Assembly (NCBI GenBank): GCA_964644695.1
Contig: CAZXWN010000002.1
Coordinates: 1 to 64,000, forward strand
DNA: 64,000 bases
From: an uncultured bacterium
GTDB lineage: Bacteria > UBP4 > UBA4092
Direction of reading: 5' to 3'
The notes below the pieces were generated by a model that made no database searches, had not been told where the DNA came from, and was given only the letters and a program-made list of their open reading frames with translations. This document shows, in pieces, positions 46,134-56,056 of this stretch. The translations under genes and the position numbers were made by a program. Every line of letters begins with the position of its first letter. Position 1 is the first letter of the stretch.

Positions 46134-47678
46134 TCAGGGTCTGTTTTCTATTGCTTTAAGTACGGATGTATTACGGGGATGATTACGAAGGTAGATGGCA
46201 TAGGTTTCGTCTTGATAAGCCATTACCCATGAAGTAGAAGCGCTGAGAGTGAAGAATAAATTATCAGTGTCTGGGTTTTTATAGTCAAATAAAATCAAAT
46301 TAATATCCCATTTATCCAAGGTCTGATTCATTTCAGGTTTCGCCAGGAGGATAGTATAGAAGTCGGGGAGAAAATCGGACCCAAAGAGATCAAATCTGTT
46401 ATCTGTGAATATTTTATGTCGAGGGAATACCCTGAACATGATATATCCGGAGGAATTGATCTCATTAAAGAGCCGCCCGGTAAATGGATGAGACATCAGG
46501 AAATCACACGCTTTGACTGGATAACTGGACTCCCGGTATCCCGGACCCGTCATAAATTCTCTATTCAATTCCAGTTGATGATTCAAAATCAAAATATGGA
46601 AAGCGAGTCCAACAATACTGATCATGGCAATTCTGGGTATCCAGAGTTGAATGGATGTTTTTCCCTTATTTGTCAGATATTGAACACCCAGGACAATGTG
46701 CCGGCTGACTATGGGTGCTGCAATAATTGAATATAAAGGCAGATGCCGGACATGAGACAGGGATTGCTGACCAAAAAATAACAATAGAAACACATCGGCC
46801 AGATAGATTTTTTTAAACGAGGGAATGACCGCTAACCCGGTCAAAATCAGAAGTGCCAGATAATAATGTGTAAAGTGGAAGTCTGGCGGCTGAAGTTCAC
46901 CAATCAGACTGACGAGATTTTTATCCGTCATGACTTTAGAAGTGAGTTCAAAGACATGCCACCCCCATGGATTGATTAATGAGGCCAGAGCAACTGACCC
47001 GGTAATAATCCCCAAATGAAGAACTATTTTCAATCCATCTGGTTCTGGAGTTTTCTTTATAAAAGACTTCCATACCCATCGGATACCATTGCCAGCCAGA
47101 AAAAAGCCTGGCAGCATGATGCCCAGAATGGAACCCCCATGCAGATTTACCCAAACGACCATTAACAGAGGGAATAAGAGGAAATCTCGGAGCTTGGCTC
47201 CTTTTTCCTGAATGTCATATAGATAATAGAGATAAACCGGGACGAACAAGTAGGTGAATATAAAGGGGCGAGGGTACAATGTGTGCCGGGATGCCAACGC
47301 CGCCAGTAAAGTGACTGCCAGTGAAATCCATGAATTACCCGATACCTTCCGAGCAACGAGATAAACTAATCCGAATGCCGCCAGGATGATGACTGACTTA
47401 AAAACGACAAATCCCTTAAATCCGGTGGTGTGATAAACATGAAAAAAAACAATCTGTGATAACCATTCATGGTTGACCCAGGGGTATTTTTCGGCTGTGA
47501 AGGTGAAAATATCCGTCTGGGGGAGCTTATACCCGTGTTGAACAATATATTCACCTGTTTTAATATGCCAAAATTCATCGGTACTGGAACGGATGGCATA
47601 TAAAGATATGGATAATATACAAAAAGCAGTTATCAGAACTGCCAGTGTGAAAATAAATTTTTCTATTTTTTGCGTCAT
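46134..47678 (-). CDS. Polytopic membrane protein, putative GT-C glycosyltransferase
   Basis: D.FWHIKTG after TM1, WVNHEWLSQ, WVNLHG, NPWG, and a periplasmic tail F.DNR.DLF. Confidence 0.6.
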   Translation of the reverse strand: MTQKIEKFIFTLAVLITAFCILSISLYAIRSSTDEFWHIKTGEYIVQHGYKLPQTDIFTFTAEKYPWVNHEWLSQIVFFHVYHTTGFKGFVVFKSVIILAAFGLVYLVARKVSGNSWISLAVTLLAALASRHTLYPRPFIFTYLFVPVYLYYLYDIQEKGAKLRDFLLFPLLMVVWVNLHGGSILGIMLPGFFLAGNGIRWVWKSFIKKTPEPDGLKIVLHLGIITGSVALASLINPWGWHVFELTSKVMTDKNLVSLIGELQPPDFHFTHYYLALLILTGLAVIPSFKKIYLADVFLLLFFGQQSLSHVRHLPLYSIIAAPIVSRHIVLGVQYLTNKGKTSIQLWIPRIAMISIVGLAFHILILNHQLELNREFMTGPGYRESSYPVKACDFLMSHPFTGRLFNEINSSGYIMFRVFPRHKIFTDNRFDLFGSDFLPDFYTILLAKPEMNQTLDKWDINLILFDYKNPDTDNLFFTLSASTSWVMAYQDETYAIYLRNHPRNTSVLKAIENRP

Positions 47679-47806
47679 TGGGCTAGATTTAATAGTAAAT
47701 CAACATTAATTGGTCTGGACTTTGTTTATAATGTTCAGCAACACTTAAATTATATGAAAGATATCTTAAACCTGATACATATAAATGACGGGTTTAATTA
47801 TAAACC

Positions 47807-49237
47807 ATGAAAATAGAACGAGTCTTATTAATTACGCCGCCTTCCGGACTATATCGACGGGATGACCGGTGCCAGAGTAAAGTGGAAGACCAGACTGTGG
47901 CCGTCATTTTCCCACCGATTGAACTGGGCTACCTGGCCGCTGTTGTAGAACGGCAGGGTATTGAATGCCGACTCCGGGATTATCCGGCGGAAAAGAAAAC
48001 CTGGGACGACTTTAAAGAGGACTTAAAGACTTTCCAACCTCAGGTACTGGTTTTGAATACCACAACACCGACTCTCAAAAAAGATATCCTGGCTGCGGAG
48101 TTAACCCGTGAATTGTTCCCCCATACTGTTGTCATTGGCCGGGGGGAATATTTCTCAGTCTTCCCGGATAAGGCTCTTCAAGAATTCCCTTCTTTGGATA
48201 TTTTGCTTCGGGGTGAACCTGAGTTGCCTCTGGAAGATGTCATCAAATCTCTCCAACAGGATTTGCCTTTGGATGGCATCCAGGGGATTGCCTTCCGAAA
48301 AGAGGGAGTGCCTGTTGTTACTCCCGAACGCCCTTTATTACAGAACTTGGATTATCTGCCTTTTCCATCAAGGCACCTGATGAATAATTCTCTATATCGA
48401 AGTCCGGAGAATAATGAACCCATCACTGTCGTTCATACCCAGAGAGGTTGTCCTGCCCGCTGTATTTTCTGTTCGGTGGTAATTACCTCTGGACAAAAGG
48501 TACGGAAACGAACTCCGGCAAAAATTGTAGAGGAGCTCCGGGAATGTGTAGAAAAATATCATATCCGGAATTTCCTGTTTCATGCCGACACATTCACATG
48601 GGACAAGGCCTGGGTGATTGAATTATGTCGTTTGATTATTGATAGTGGCTTAAATATTCATTGGGGATGTAATTCCAGAGTGGATAGTATTGATGATGAA
48701 CGGCTGGATTGGCTCAAGAAGGCCGGATGTTGGGTGATAGCCTTTGGTATTGAATCGGGAGATGAGGAAATCCTGAAGAAAATGCGAAAAGGAACGACCC
48801 TGGAACAGGCCCGAAATGCTATCCAAACTGTGAAACGGCATGGAATCAAAACTCACGCCTTCATGGTGATTGGGCTTCCGTGGGAAACGCGGGAGACTTT
48901 CCACAAAACTATGAAATTCCTCCGTGAAATTGATCCGGACTTTTTCGATTTCAATATTGCTTACCCTCTCCCCGGTACCGAGTTAATGAAGATTGCTACG
49001 GAAGATAATTTATTGATTCAGGGAGACCCATCTCAGGGTAGTTATGCGGATGCGGTGCTTCGGACTTTTGAGTTAACGCCGGATGAATTGATGATGATGC
49101 GGCGGAAAGCTCTCTGGCAGTTGTATCTCCGTCCCAAATATATCATCAGGACTTTATTAACAGCGGGCTCACCTAAAAATGTCTGGCAGTATATGAAGGC
49201 GGCCGGAAAACGAGCCAAAAATCTTTTATCTTCATAA
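47807..49237 (+). CDS. B12-binding-domain radical SAM protein
   Basis: PPIELGYLAA N-terminal domain, RGCPARCIFC (CxxxCxxC), GIESG, GLPWET, PLPGT. Confidence 0.9.
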   Translation: MKIERVLLITPPSGLYRRDDRCQSKVEDQTVAVIFPPIELGYLAAVVERQGIECRLRDYPAEKKTWDDFKEDLKTFQPQVLVLNTTTPTLKKDILAAELTRELFPHTVVIGRGEYFSVFPDKALQEFPSLDILLRGEPELPLEDVIKSLQQDLPLDGIQGIAFRKEGVPVVTPERPLLQNLDYLPFPSRHLMNNSLYRSPENNEPITVVHTQRGCPARCIFCSVVITSGQKVRKRTPAKIVEELRECVEKYHIRNFLFHADTFTWDKAWVIELCRLIIDSGLNIHWGCNSRVDSIDDERLDWLKKAGCWVIAFGIESGDEEILKKMRKGTTLEQARNAIQTVKRHGIKTHAFMVIGLPWETRETFHKTMKFLREIDPDFFDFNIAYPLPGTELMKIATEDNLLIQGDPSQGSYADAVLRTFELTPDELMMMRRKALWQLYLRPKYIIRTLLTAGSPKNVWQYMKAAGKRAKNLLSS

Positions 49238-49283
49238 CAATCAGTATCCAAAACAGGGTTGATTGCCCTATAATTCCAATACT

Positions 49284-50027
49284 ATGACAACACCACGGGT
49301 CTACATCTGTCTTCCGGCTTACAACGAAGAGGAAAGTCTGGCATCCCTGTTAAATCGTTATATCGAGCTGGTGAAACAAGGTTCGTATGACTATCGCCTG
49401 ATTTTGGTAAATGATGGGAGCCAGGATAATACTCGTGAGATTGCAGAAACCTACCAGTCTTTACTTCCTCTGGAAATCCTGAATCACCCCACCAATAAAG
49501 GCTTGGGCGAGGCCATTCGGACCGGATTCCGTCATGTCGTACAGTTGGCTCAGGAGGATGATGTTATCGTTTATATGGATTCGGATGATACTCACGACCC
49601 TGTTTATATTCCCGATATGGTTAAGAAAATCACAGAAGGAAATGACCTGGTGATTGCTTCCCGATATCGGAAGGGGAGCAGGGTGGAAGGTCTGCCCTGG
49701 AACCGGATGGTGTTATCCACGGTGGCCGGCTGGGTCTTCAAACTTTTTCTGCCCGTCAAAGGTGTCCGGGATTATACCTGTGGTTACCGTGCCTATCGGG
49801 TGGGATTGATTCGAAAAGCGATTGAAGAATACGACCACCAATTTATAACTGCCAAAGGATTTGCCTGTACGGATGAAATCCTCATCAAGCTGGCTCCTTT
49901 GACCCAGAAAATCACAGAAATCCCTTTTATTCTGCATTATGGCCGGAAAAAAGGCGCCTCCAAAATCAATTTCCGCAAAACGATTCCAGCAACCCTCCGT
50001 CTTCTTCTTATTAGACATCGTAAATAA
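49284..50027 (+). CDS. GT2 polyprenol-phosphate glycosyltransferase (Dpm1-like)
   Basis: LPAYNE, VNDGSQD, NKGLG.A, MDSDDTH, IASRY, DYTCGYRAY. Confidence 0.88.
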   Translation: MTTPRVYICLPAYNEEESLASLLNRYIELVKQGSYDYRLILVNDGSQDNTREIAETYQSLLPLEILNHPTNKGLGEAIRTGFRHVVQLAQEDDVIVYMDSDDTHDPVYIPDMVKKITEGNDLVIASRYRKGSRVEGLPWNRMVLSTVAGWVFKLFLPVKGVRDYTCGYRAYRVGLIRKAIEEYDHQFITAKGFACTDEILIKLAPLTQKITEIPFILHYGRKKGASKINFRKTIPATLRLLLIRHRK

Positions 50028-50082
50028 TTGAACCTCAGATTATTAGCATTCCATCGCCCTCTTTTTACTCTTGAACTGTATT

Positions 50083-50137
50083 CGAATCTTCCACGGAGCT
50101 GCTCGGAGCAGCTCCGTGGACGGTTCGTTATCGGTGC
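50083..50137. repeat. Family A palindromic element, copy 3 (perfect palindrome)
   Basis: TCCACGGAGCTGCTC-G-GAGCAGCTCCGTGGA at 50090-50120, with 15-bp perfect arms. Confidence 0.8.
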
Positions 50138-50260
50138 GAATAATGCAGGAAAATAAACAAAGACGAATCAGTGATGTTCAGAGTATAATTTCTAAATTAT
50201 TCAGTGTCGTATTTTAATTTTTGTAGATTCAAATTTAGGGTTAATCAGGAGTAAAAGGGA

Positions 50261-51163
50261 ATGACTCCAGCACAAAAACGAAAGAACAGGGAAGCTCTGA
50301 CCGGGTACCTGTTCATCTTGCCAAATGTAATAGGGTTTGCCCTGTTCACATTCTTACCTGTATTTGCCTCCATGCTGCTCAGTTTCACTCCATGGACTGG
50401 AAGTTGGGAGGATGGGTCCTTCCGATGGGTGGGGTTGCAAAATTACATCCAATTGATTCAGGACCCGTTATTCTGGAAGTTTATATGGAATACCATGGTG
50501 CTTATGTTAAGTCTTCCCTTGAGTATGGCGGGGTCATTGATTCTGGCTCTGGCCTTGAATCAGAAAATCAAAGGGCTGACTATCTTCCGTACCCTGTTTT
50601 TTATTCCCTCCATTGCCTCCGGTATTGGTTTATTCCTGCTTTGGAAATGGATTTATAATCCAGACTTTGGACTCATTAATGATATGTTACGCCGATTTGC
50701 TCATATCAATGGCCCCAATTGGTTGACAGATATGAATTGGGTAAAACCTGCTCTGATTCTCTGCATTACCTGGATAGGTATTGGCGGTACCAATATGATT
50801 CTTTATCTGGCCGGATTACAGAATGTCCCCCGGGACTTCTATGAAGCGGCGGAGATTGATGGGGCCAGCGGCTGGCAACGGTTCTGGCATATTACCTGGC
50901 CGATGCTCACACCGACCACCTTTTTTATCTTTACCATGGGTTTGATTGCCGGATTCCAGGGGTATTTCGATTTGGTCTATGTTATGACTCTTGGGGGACC
51001 TGCCGGTTCTTCCACACCGATTGCTTATTATATCTGGCAGACAGCTTTCCAGAACTTTAAACTTGGATTTGCTTCCGCTCAGGCATGGGTTTTATTTATC
51101 ATCATCTTCTTTATTACCCTGGCGAATTGGAAATACAGTGGCCAGCGGGTAAACTATTTTTAG
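50261..51163 (+). CDS. Carbohydrate ABC transporter permease (MalF/UgpA-like)
   Basis: EAA loop YEAAEIDGA, six TM segments. Confidence 0.92.
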   Translation: MTPAQKRKNREALTGYLFILPNVIGFALFTFLPVFASMLLSFTPWTGSWEDGSFRWVGLQNYIQLIQDPLFWKFIWNTMVLMLSLPLSMAGSLILALALNQKIKGLTIFRTLFFIPSIASGIGLFLLWKWIYNPDFGLINDMLRRFAHINGPNWLTDMNWVKPALILCITWIGIGGTNMILYLAGLQNVPRDFYEAAEIDGASGWQRFWHITWPMLTPTTFFIFTMGLIAGFQGYFDLVYVMTLGGPAGSSTPIAYYIWQTAFQNFKLGFASAQAWVLFIIIFFITLANWKYSGQRVNYF

Positions 51164-51182
51164 GGATTGGAGACTATACATT

Positions 51183-52094
51183 ATGAAATATAAAACCCAG
51201 TCCTTCATCAAATTTTCTTTCCTTTATCTGATACTGGCTTTAGGCGCTTTTGTGATGTTGATTCCATTTTTCTGGATGGTAGCCACCTCTCTCAAGGAGC
51301 CGGGTGCCGTCTTTATGATGGGCGGTGCTTTCTGGAAACAATTTGTTCCTGATCCTGTTGTGTGGGGAAATTTCAAAGAAGCCTGGAATGCCATTCCTTT
51401 TGGCCGTTACTATGTTAATAACACTTTCGTCACTCTTTCTGTTACCGCAGGGCAGGTGGTTACCTGTTCTCTGGCAGCGTTTGCTTTTGCCCGGTTAACC
51501 TTCCCCGGGAGGGACAAAATCTTCTTTGGTTACCTGGCGACGATGATGATTCCTTTTGCGGTTACCATGATTCCCAATTTTATTATTATGAGCCAGTTGA
51601 CTAAATTGTCTGACCAATGGTTCCCTGGTGGGATCTATATCATGGGGCATTATGTCGGGAAATTATTCGGATTGGATTCTTATTTTGCCTTGATTGTTCC
51701 CGGGATGTTTTCTGCCTATGGGACCTTCATGTTGCGGCAGTATTTTCTGGGGCTTCCCACTGAACTTGAAGAAGCCGCTCGTATAGACGGATGCTCATGG
51801 TTCAGGATTTACTGGAACATCGCCCTTCCATTATCTGGTGCCGCACTGGCAACCTTGACCGTATTAACTTTTATGGGTGTTTGGAAAGACTTCATGTGGC
51901 CGCTGACTATTGTTAATCATGACGATATGAAAACATTGTCTGTCGGTTTGGCTTCCTTCCAGGGTTTATATACAACGCAATGGACTCTATTAATGGCCGG
52001 TTCCTTGATTATGTTGATTCCCATCATCATTGTGTTTATTTTCAGCCAGCGGTATGTTGTTGAAGGGATTAAACTCCAGGGTATCAAAGGATAA
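51183..52094 (+). CDS. Carbohydrate ABC transporter permease (MalG/UgpE-like)
   Basis: AAFAFARL.FPG, LEEAARIDG, W.DFMWPL. Confidence 0.92.
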   Translation: MKYKTQSFIKFSFLYLILALGAFVMLIPFFWMVATSLKEPGAVFMMGGAFWKQFVPDPVVWGNFKEAWNAIPFGRYYVNNTFVTLSVTAGQVVTCSLAAFAFARLTFPGRDKIFFGYLATMMIPFAVTMIPNFIIMSQLTKLSDQWFPGGIYIMGHYVGKLFGLDSYFALIVPGMFSAYGTFMLRQYFLGLPTELEEAARIDGCSWFRIYWNIALPLSGAALATLTVLTFMGVWKDFMWPLTIVNHDDMKTLSVGLASFQGLYTTQWTLLMAGSLIMLIPIIIVFIFSQRYVVEGIKLQGIKG

Positions 52095-52162
52095 TCAAGG
52101 TTTCAGGCACTGAGATTCTCATCAAATGATGTAAAATGGATGAAAGAAACTTGGTTTTCAGA

Positions 52163-52198
52163 GAAGGTTCAGGTGAACAGCCTGAACCTTCCTTTATT
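52163..52198 (+). terminator. Probable intrinsic terminator
   Basis: 11-bp stem GAAGGTTCAGG/CCTGAACCTTC followed by CTTTATT. Confidence 0.7.
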
Positions 52199-52289
52199 CT
52201 GATGAGCGGTTGTATGTTTTACCCTGTCAGAAATTTAAGGTATATTAAATCAGTTTGATACTGGATATGGTCGAGGACATGATTACAAC

Positions 52290-54248
52290 ATGAGTAAAAA
52301 GACTCATAAAGAAAAAACCGTAGAGAAAACACCTATCCCCCAGAAGATATCCCAACCTGGAACTTGGATGGGGGTACTGTGGGGCATTTTTATATTTTTG
52401 GTGTTAACAGTTATTGCCCCCAATAGTAATGCTGCAGCCGTAGATGGGAAATGGCTGGTTCTTGGGATAGGACTTCCTGTTCTCAGTTTAATTGGAGTCA
52501 TGTCTCTTTGGAATTCCAAAAAATCCTTTTCTTTGTTGGATAGTGCCGTTTTGGTTTATGGAACCGTTATTCTTGTTTCCTGGATTCGAGCCCCATACCA
52601 TAAAGCCTTTCTCCCCTTCATGCTCCATTGGTTGACACCTGTCTTTGTCTATTTCCTGGTGAGCCGTACTGTTCGATTCCCCAAAACATTATATGGAGTC
52701 ATGTTAGGGTGTCTGACCGGAGGTGTGGTGGCGTCTGTTTATGCCATTCTCCAATTTGCGGGTGTCGATCCTGTTTCCTGGAAGAATACGGGTGAAGTGG
52801 TGGGTTTCATCACTTCTTTTTATGGAAACTCCAATTTATTTGGTTGGTTGTTGTCACTACTCTGGCCCTTCGCTTTATATTATCTGATTCGAAATCCAGA
52901 GAATGGATTTGATCGGATTGCTCGATATATTCCCGCCCCGTTGATTTTGGTGGCTGCTGGATTATCCCGAAATCGGACAGGGCTTTTGGCTATTGTGCTG
53001 GTCACATTGTTATGGGGATATTGGCTGAGTCGGATGGAAGAATCAACAGAACCTCGTCCCGACGGATTAGATAAATTAAGGGGCATCCTGAAGAAATTAT
53101 TCCCCCAAAACAAGAAGGTCCTGATAGGCCTTATTTTGGTTGGATCGTTCGTACTGGCAGGCTTGGGGCATCATTATGCCGTTCGTTCTGACCGGGCCTT
53201 GAAAACCCGTTTACTTAGTTGGAAAACATCCATGTCTATCTTTAGAGAAATGCCTCTGACGGGAGCGGGTCCTGGTCGATATGGTGTTCTGTATTCCGAT
53301 TATCAGGGAAGGTTGTTGCGTGAGCCTGCAAATAAAACCTTTATAAGAACATTGGTGGAATCCGATTCACAGAGTACTCTTCATGCTCATAACGAATGGG
53401 TCCAGTCTCTGGCGCAGGAAGGGATCCTGGGGCTGGCAGCGCTGGCATTTCTGGCAACAGCGATTTATATCCAGTTAAGGAAAAGATTTATAACAGCCAT
53501 GACTGATTCACAGAAAATTCATGCATGGATGTTGACTGGAAGTATGGTAGCGCTGGGAATATGCAGTTTACTGGGATTCCCGCTCATGGTTCCTGCCACA
53601 GGTTTAGTGGTTGGGGTTTGGTTGGGATTACTGGATACGATAGATTCAACAGAAACCGAGTCTGAATCTGTATCCAGATATTATCTTCCTCAAATCCTGG
53701 CTGTCATATTATTGGGTGGGTTATGGATTGGATTATTACCGGTGTCTGTTACTCAGTGGCAGGTGAGCCGACTAATCAAGTCCGGCAGAAATGCGGCGGA
53801 GATTCAGGGTGATTTGAATACTGCTATCAATAAGATGTCTGAAGCCGTCATGAAACAACCGGAAAATGGTCTAGCCCTGTTTTATATGGCAGGATACCTC
53901 GCACTCTCTGAACAGTATGACCTTGCAATCAGGGGGTATCAACAATCCATTTCCAGTTATTATGACGCTAAAACCTGGTTTAATCTGGGACAGGTTTATT
54001 ACAGTATTAAAGACTATGGGAAAGCTGAGATTTGCTATCAGAAATCACTGGTCAATCATCCTACGGAGACCGATGCGTTACGACAATTGGCCTATTGTTA
54101 CCTTCAACTCGGGAAGCCGGAAGTGGCCCTGCCCCTGTTAATACAATATATGAATGGTCCCAGAGATATTTCTTATGATGTTCAAGTTAAGAGCATTATT
54201 GAGGTTTTAACCAAAGATGTTCCTTCAAAAGGAGATAATCCGTCATGA
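52290..54248 (+). CDS. O-antigen-ligase/O-oligosaccharyltransferase-like (Wzy_C) protein with C-terminal TPRs
   Basis: Multi-TM, GNSN, SR.R.G, PLTGAGPG, HAHNEWVQ, and TPR-like WFNLGQVY...A...Y. Confidence 0.82.
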   Translation: MSKKTHKEKTVEKTPIPQKISQPGTWMGVLWGIFIFLVLTVIAPNSNAAAVDGKWLVLGIGLPVLSLIGVMSLWNSKKSFSLLDSAVLVYGTVILVSWIRAPYHKAFLPFMLHWLTPVFVYFLVSRTVRFPKTLYGVMLGCLTGGVVASVYAILQFAGVDPVSWKNTGEVVGFITSFYGNSNLFGWLLSLLWPFALYYLIRNPENGFDRIARYIPAPLILVAAGLSRNRTGLLAIVLVTLLWGYWLSRMEESTEPRPDGLDKLRGILKKLFPQNKKVLIGLILVGSFVLAGLGHHYAVRSDRALKTRLLSWKTSMSIFREMPLTGAGPGRYGVLYSDYQGRLLREPANKTFIRTLVESDSQSTLHAHNEWVQSLAQEGILGLAALAFLATAIYIQLRKRFITAMTDSQKIHAWMLTGSMVALGICSLLGFPLMVPATGLVVGVWLGLLDTIDSTETESESVSRYYLPQILAVILLGGLWIGLLPVSVTQWQVSRLIKSGRNAAEIQGDLNTAINKMSEAVMKQPENGLALFYMAGYLALSEQYDLAIRGYQQSISSYYDAKTWFNLGQVYYSIKDYGKAEICYQKSLVNHPTETDALRQLAYCYLQLGKPEVALPLLIQYMNGPRDISYDVQVKSIIEVLTKDVPSKGDNPS

Positions 54249-55201
54249 AATACTTGGTAACCGGTGCTGCCGGATTTATTGGTTCTACCTTAGCCGAACG
54301 ATTATTGAATGAAGGGCATCAAGTCCGGGGTATTGATTGTTTTACGGATTATTATGCTCGTCGTGTCAAAGAATCCAATTTACAAACAGCCCTTTCACAT
54401 CCGAATTATGAGTTTGTGGAAGACGACTTAAATAAATGCGACATGAACTCCTTGTTGGATGGAGTGAATGGAGTTTTTCATCAGGCGGCCCAGGCAGGAG
54501 TGCGTGCCAGTTGGGGTTCCACTTTCCTGACCTATACCCACTGTAATGTGGATGCCACGCAACGATTACTGGAAGCCGTTAAAGGCCGTCCACTGCAGCG
54601 GTTTGTCTATGCCTCTTCATCCTCTGTATATGGGGATGTCCCTGGTAATGAGCCTATGCCGGAAACCCTTCGGCCTCAGCCTTTGTCTCCGTATGGGGTT
54701 ACCAAGCTGGCTGCGGAACATCTGAGTTATTTATACTGGAAAAATTATGGAGTCCCAACAGTCAGTCTCCGTTATTTCACAGTGTATGGCCCCCGCCAAA
54801 GACCCGATATGGGTTTTCATAAATTTATCCGCGCCATCCTTGAAGATAAACCCATAGGAATATATGGTGACGGAACTCAAATGCGAGATTTTACATACAT
54901 TGACGATATTGTGTCGGCCAATGTGGCTGCTATGAATCAGGGTACTCCCGGTGAGGTTTATAACATCGGGGGAGGCCATGTTGAACAATTAAATCATCTC
55001 CTGACACTATTGCAGGAATTGGCTGGGAAACCCGCCATTCTGAATTATCAGGAAAAACAGCGGGGAGATGTATTCCGAACCTCTGCGGATATTCGAAAGG
55101 CCCAAAGGGATTTGGGTTTTGCACCTCAGTATGACATTCGTAGGGGATTGTCCCACGAGATTGATTGGATTCGTAACCTGATAGACAAGGAGAACTCATG
55201 A
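54245..55201 (+). CDS. NAD-dependent nucleotide-sugar epimerase/dehydratase
   Basis: TGAAGFIG, ASSSSVYG, YGVTK, YFTVYGPRQRPDM. Confidence 0.93.
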   Translation: MKYLVTGAAGFIGSTLAERLLNEGHQVRGIDCFTDYYARRVKESNLQTALSHPNYEFVEDDLNKCDMNSLLDGVNGVFHQAAQAGVRASWGSTFLTYTHCNVDATQRLLEAVKGRPLQRFVYASSSSVYGDVPGNEPMPETLRPQPLSPYGVTKLAAEHLSYLYWKNYGVPTVSLRYFTVYGPRQRPDMGFHKFIRAILEDKPIGIYGDGTQMRDFTYIDDIVSANVAAMNQGTPGEVYNIGGGHVEQLNHLLTLLQELAGKPAILNYQEKQRGDVFRTSADIRKAQRDLGFAPQYDIRRGLSHEIDWIRNLIDKENS

Positions 55202-55995
55202 CCTATCCAACTCCTCAAACTTGTATTCATTCAACTCGCCAGGTAGTGGGTCTCTGGTTGATTTTATTAGTAGGTTCACTGGCTGTTATGTGGGCCTTTG
55301 ATCAATTAAGCCCCCAACTGATGAATTATCTCGAGTCCAGTAATCCTCGTGTTATGTACGAACAGGCAAGGGATATGAAAAATAAGGGACAGAGCGATAA
55401 AGCATTGTCCCTCCTGGACCAGGCCATCCGCCTGAATCCCTCTAACCCTCAATATCTCATCTTAAAGGGTGATATCCTGGAGGAACAGGGTAAGACTGAA
55501 TTAGCAATGGAATCCTTTACTAAGGCCCAAAAAGTGGGGTCCCGTGAATGGCTTCCCAATTACCGATTAGGTGCGGCACTACGAAAGGCCAATAAAAATC
55601 AAGAGGCGCTTCCTTATCTCAAAAAAGCCGCCTTACTGACGGATAAGGAAAGATGGGTATTTGATAATCTGGGCTGGGCTGCTTATGACACCGGTGATTA
55701 TCAAACTGCTTATGAGGCATTCGGAAAAGCTTATTCGATTATGCCGGAATCACCTGTATACCCACTAATGTTGGGTAAGATTGATGCCGTCCAGGGCCGA
55801 TGGAATGAGGCCTTGTCTCTCTACAAAAAATCACTTTCGTTGGATAATGCTAAATCTGAAACGTATGCGGCGGCGGGTGATGCGGCTGTCAAGCTGGGTT
55901 TGACGGGTGAAGCTCGACAGTATTACCAGCAATCTTTGAAACTAAATCCTAAACAACCTATGGTTGAGAAGGCTCTGAAGGAATTATCTCTCTAA
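55198..55995 (+). CDS. Membrane-anchored TPR protein
   Basis: One N-terminal TM helix followed by about six TPR-like repeats. Confidence 0.82.
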   Translation: MTYPTPQTCIHSTRQVVGLWLILLVGSLAVMWAFDQLSPQLMNYLESSNPRVMYEQARDMKNKGQSDKALSLLDQAIRLNPSNPQYLILKGDILEEQGKTELAMESFTKAQKVGSREWLPNYRLGAALRKANKNQEALPYLKKAALLTDKERWVFDNLGWAAYDTGDYQTAYEAFGKAYSIMPESPVYPLMLGKIDAVQGRWNEALSLYKKSLSLDNAKSETYAAAGDAAVKLGLTGEARQYYQQSLKLNPKQPMVEKALKELSL

Positions 55996-56056
55996 TGTGG
56001 AGAGAATCATTAGTATTAGCCTATCCAATCTTTCCTTCAGTCGTTATAATTAACCC

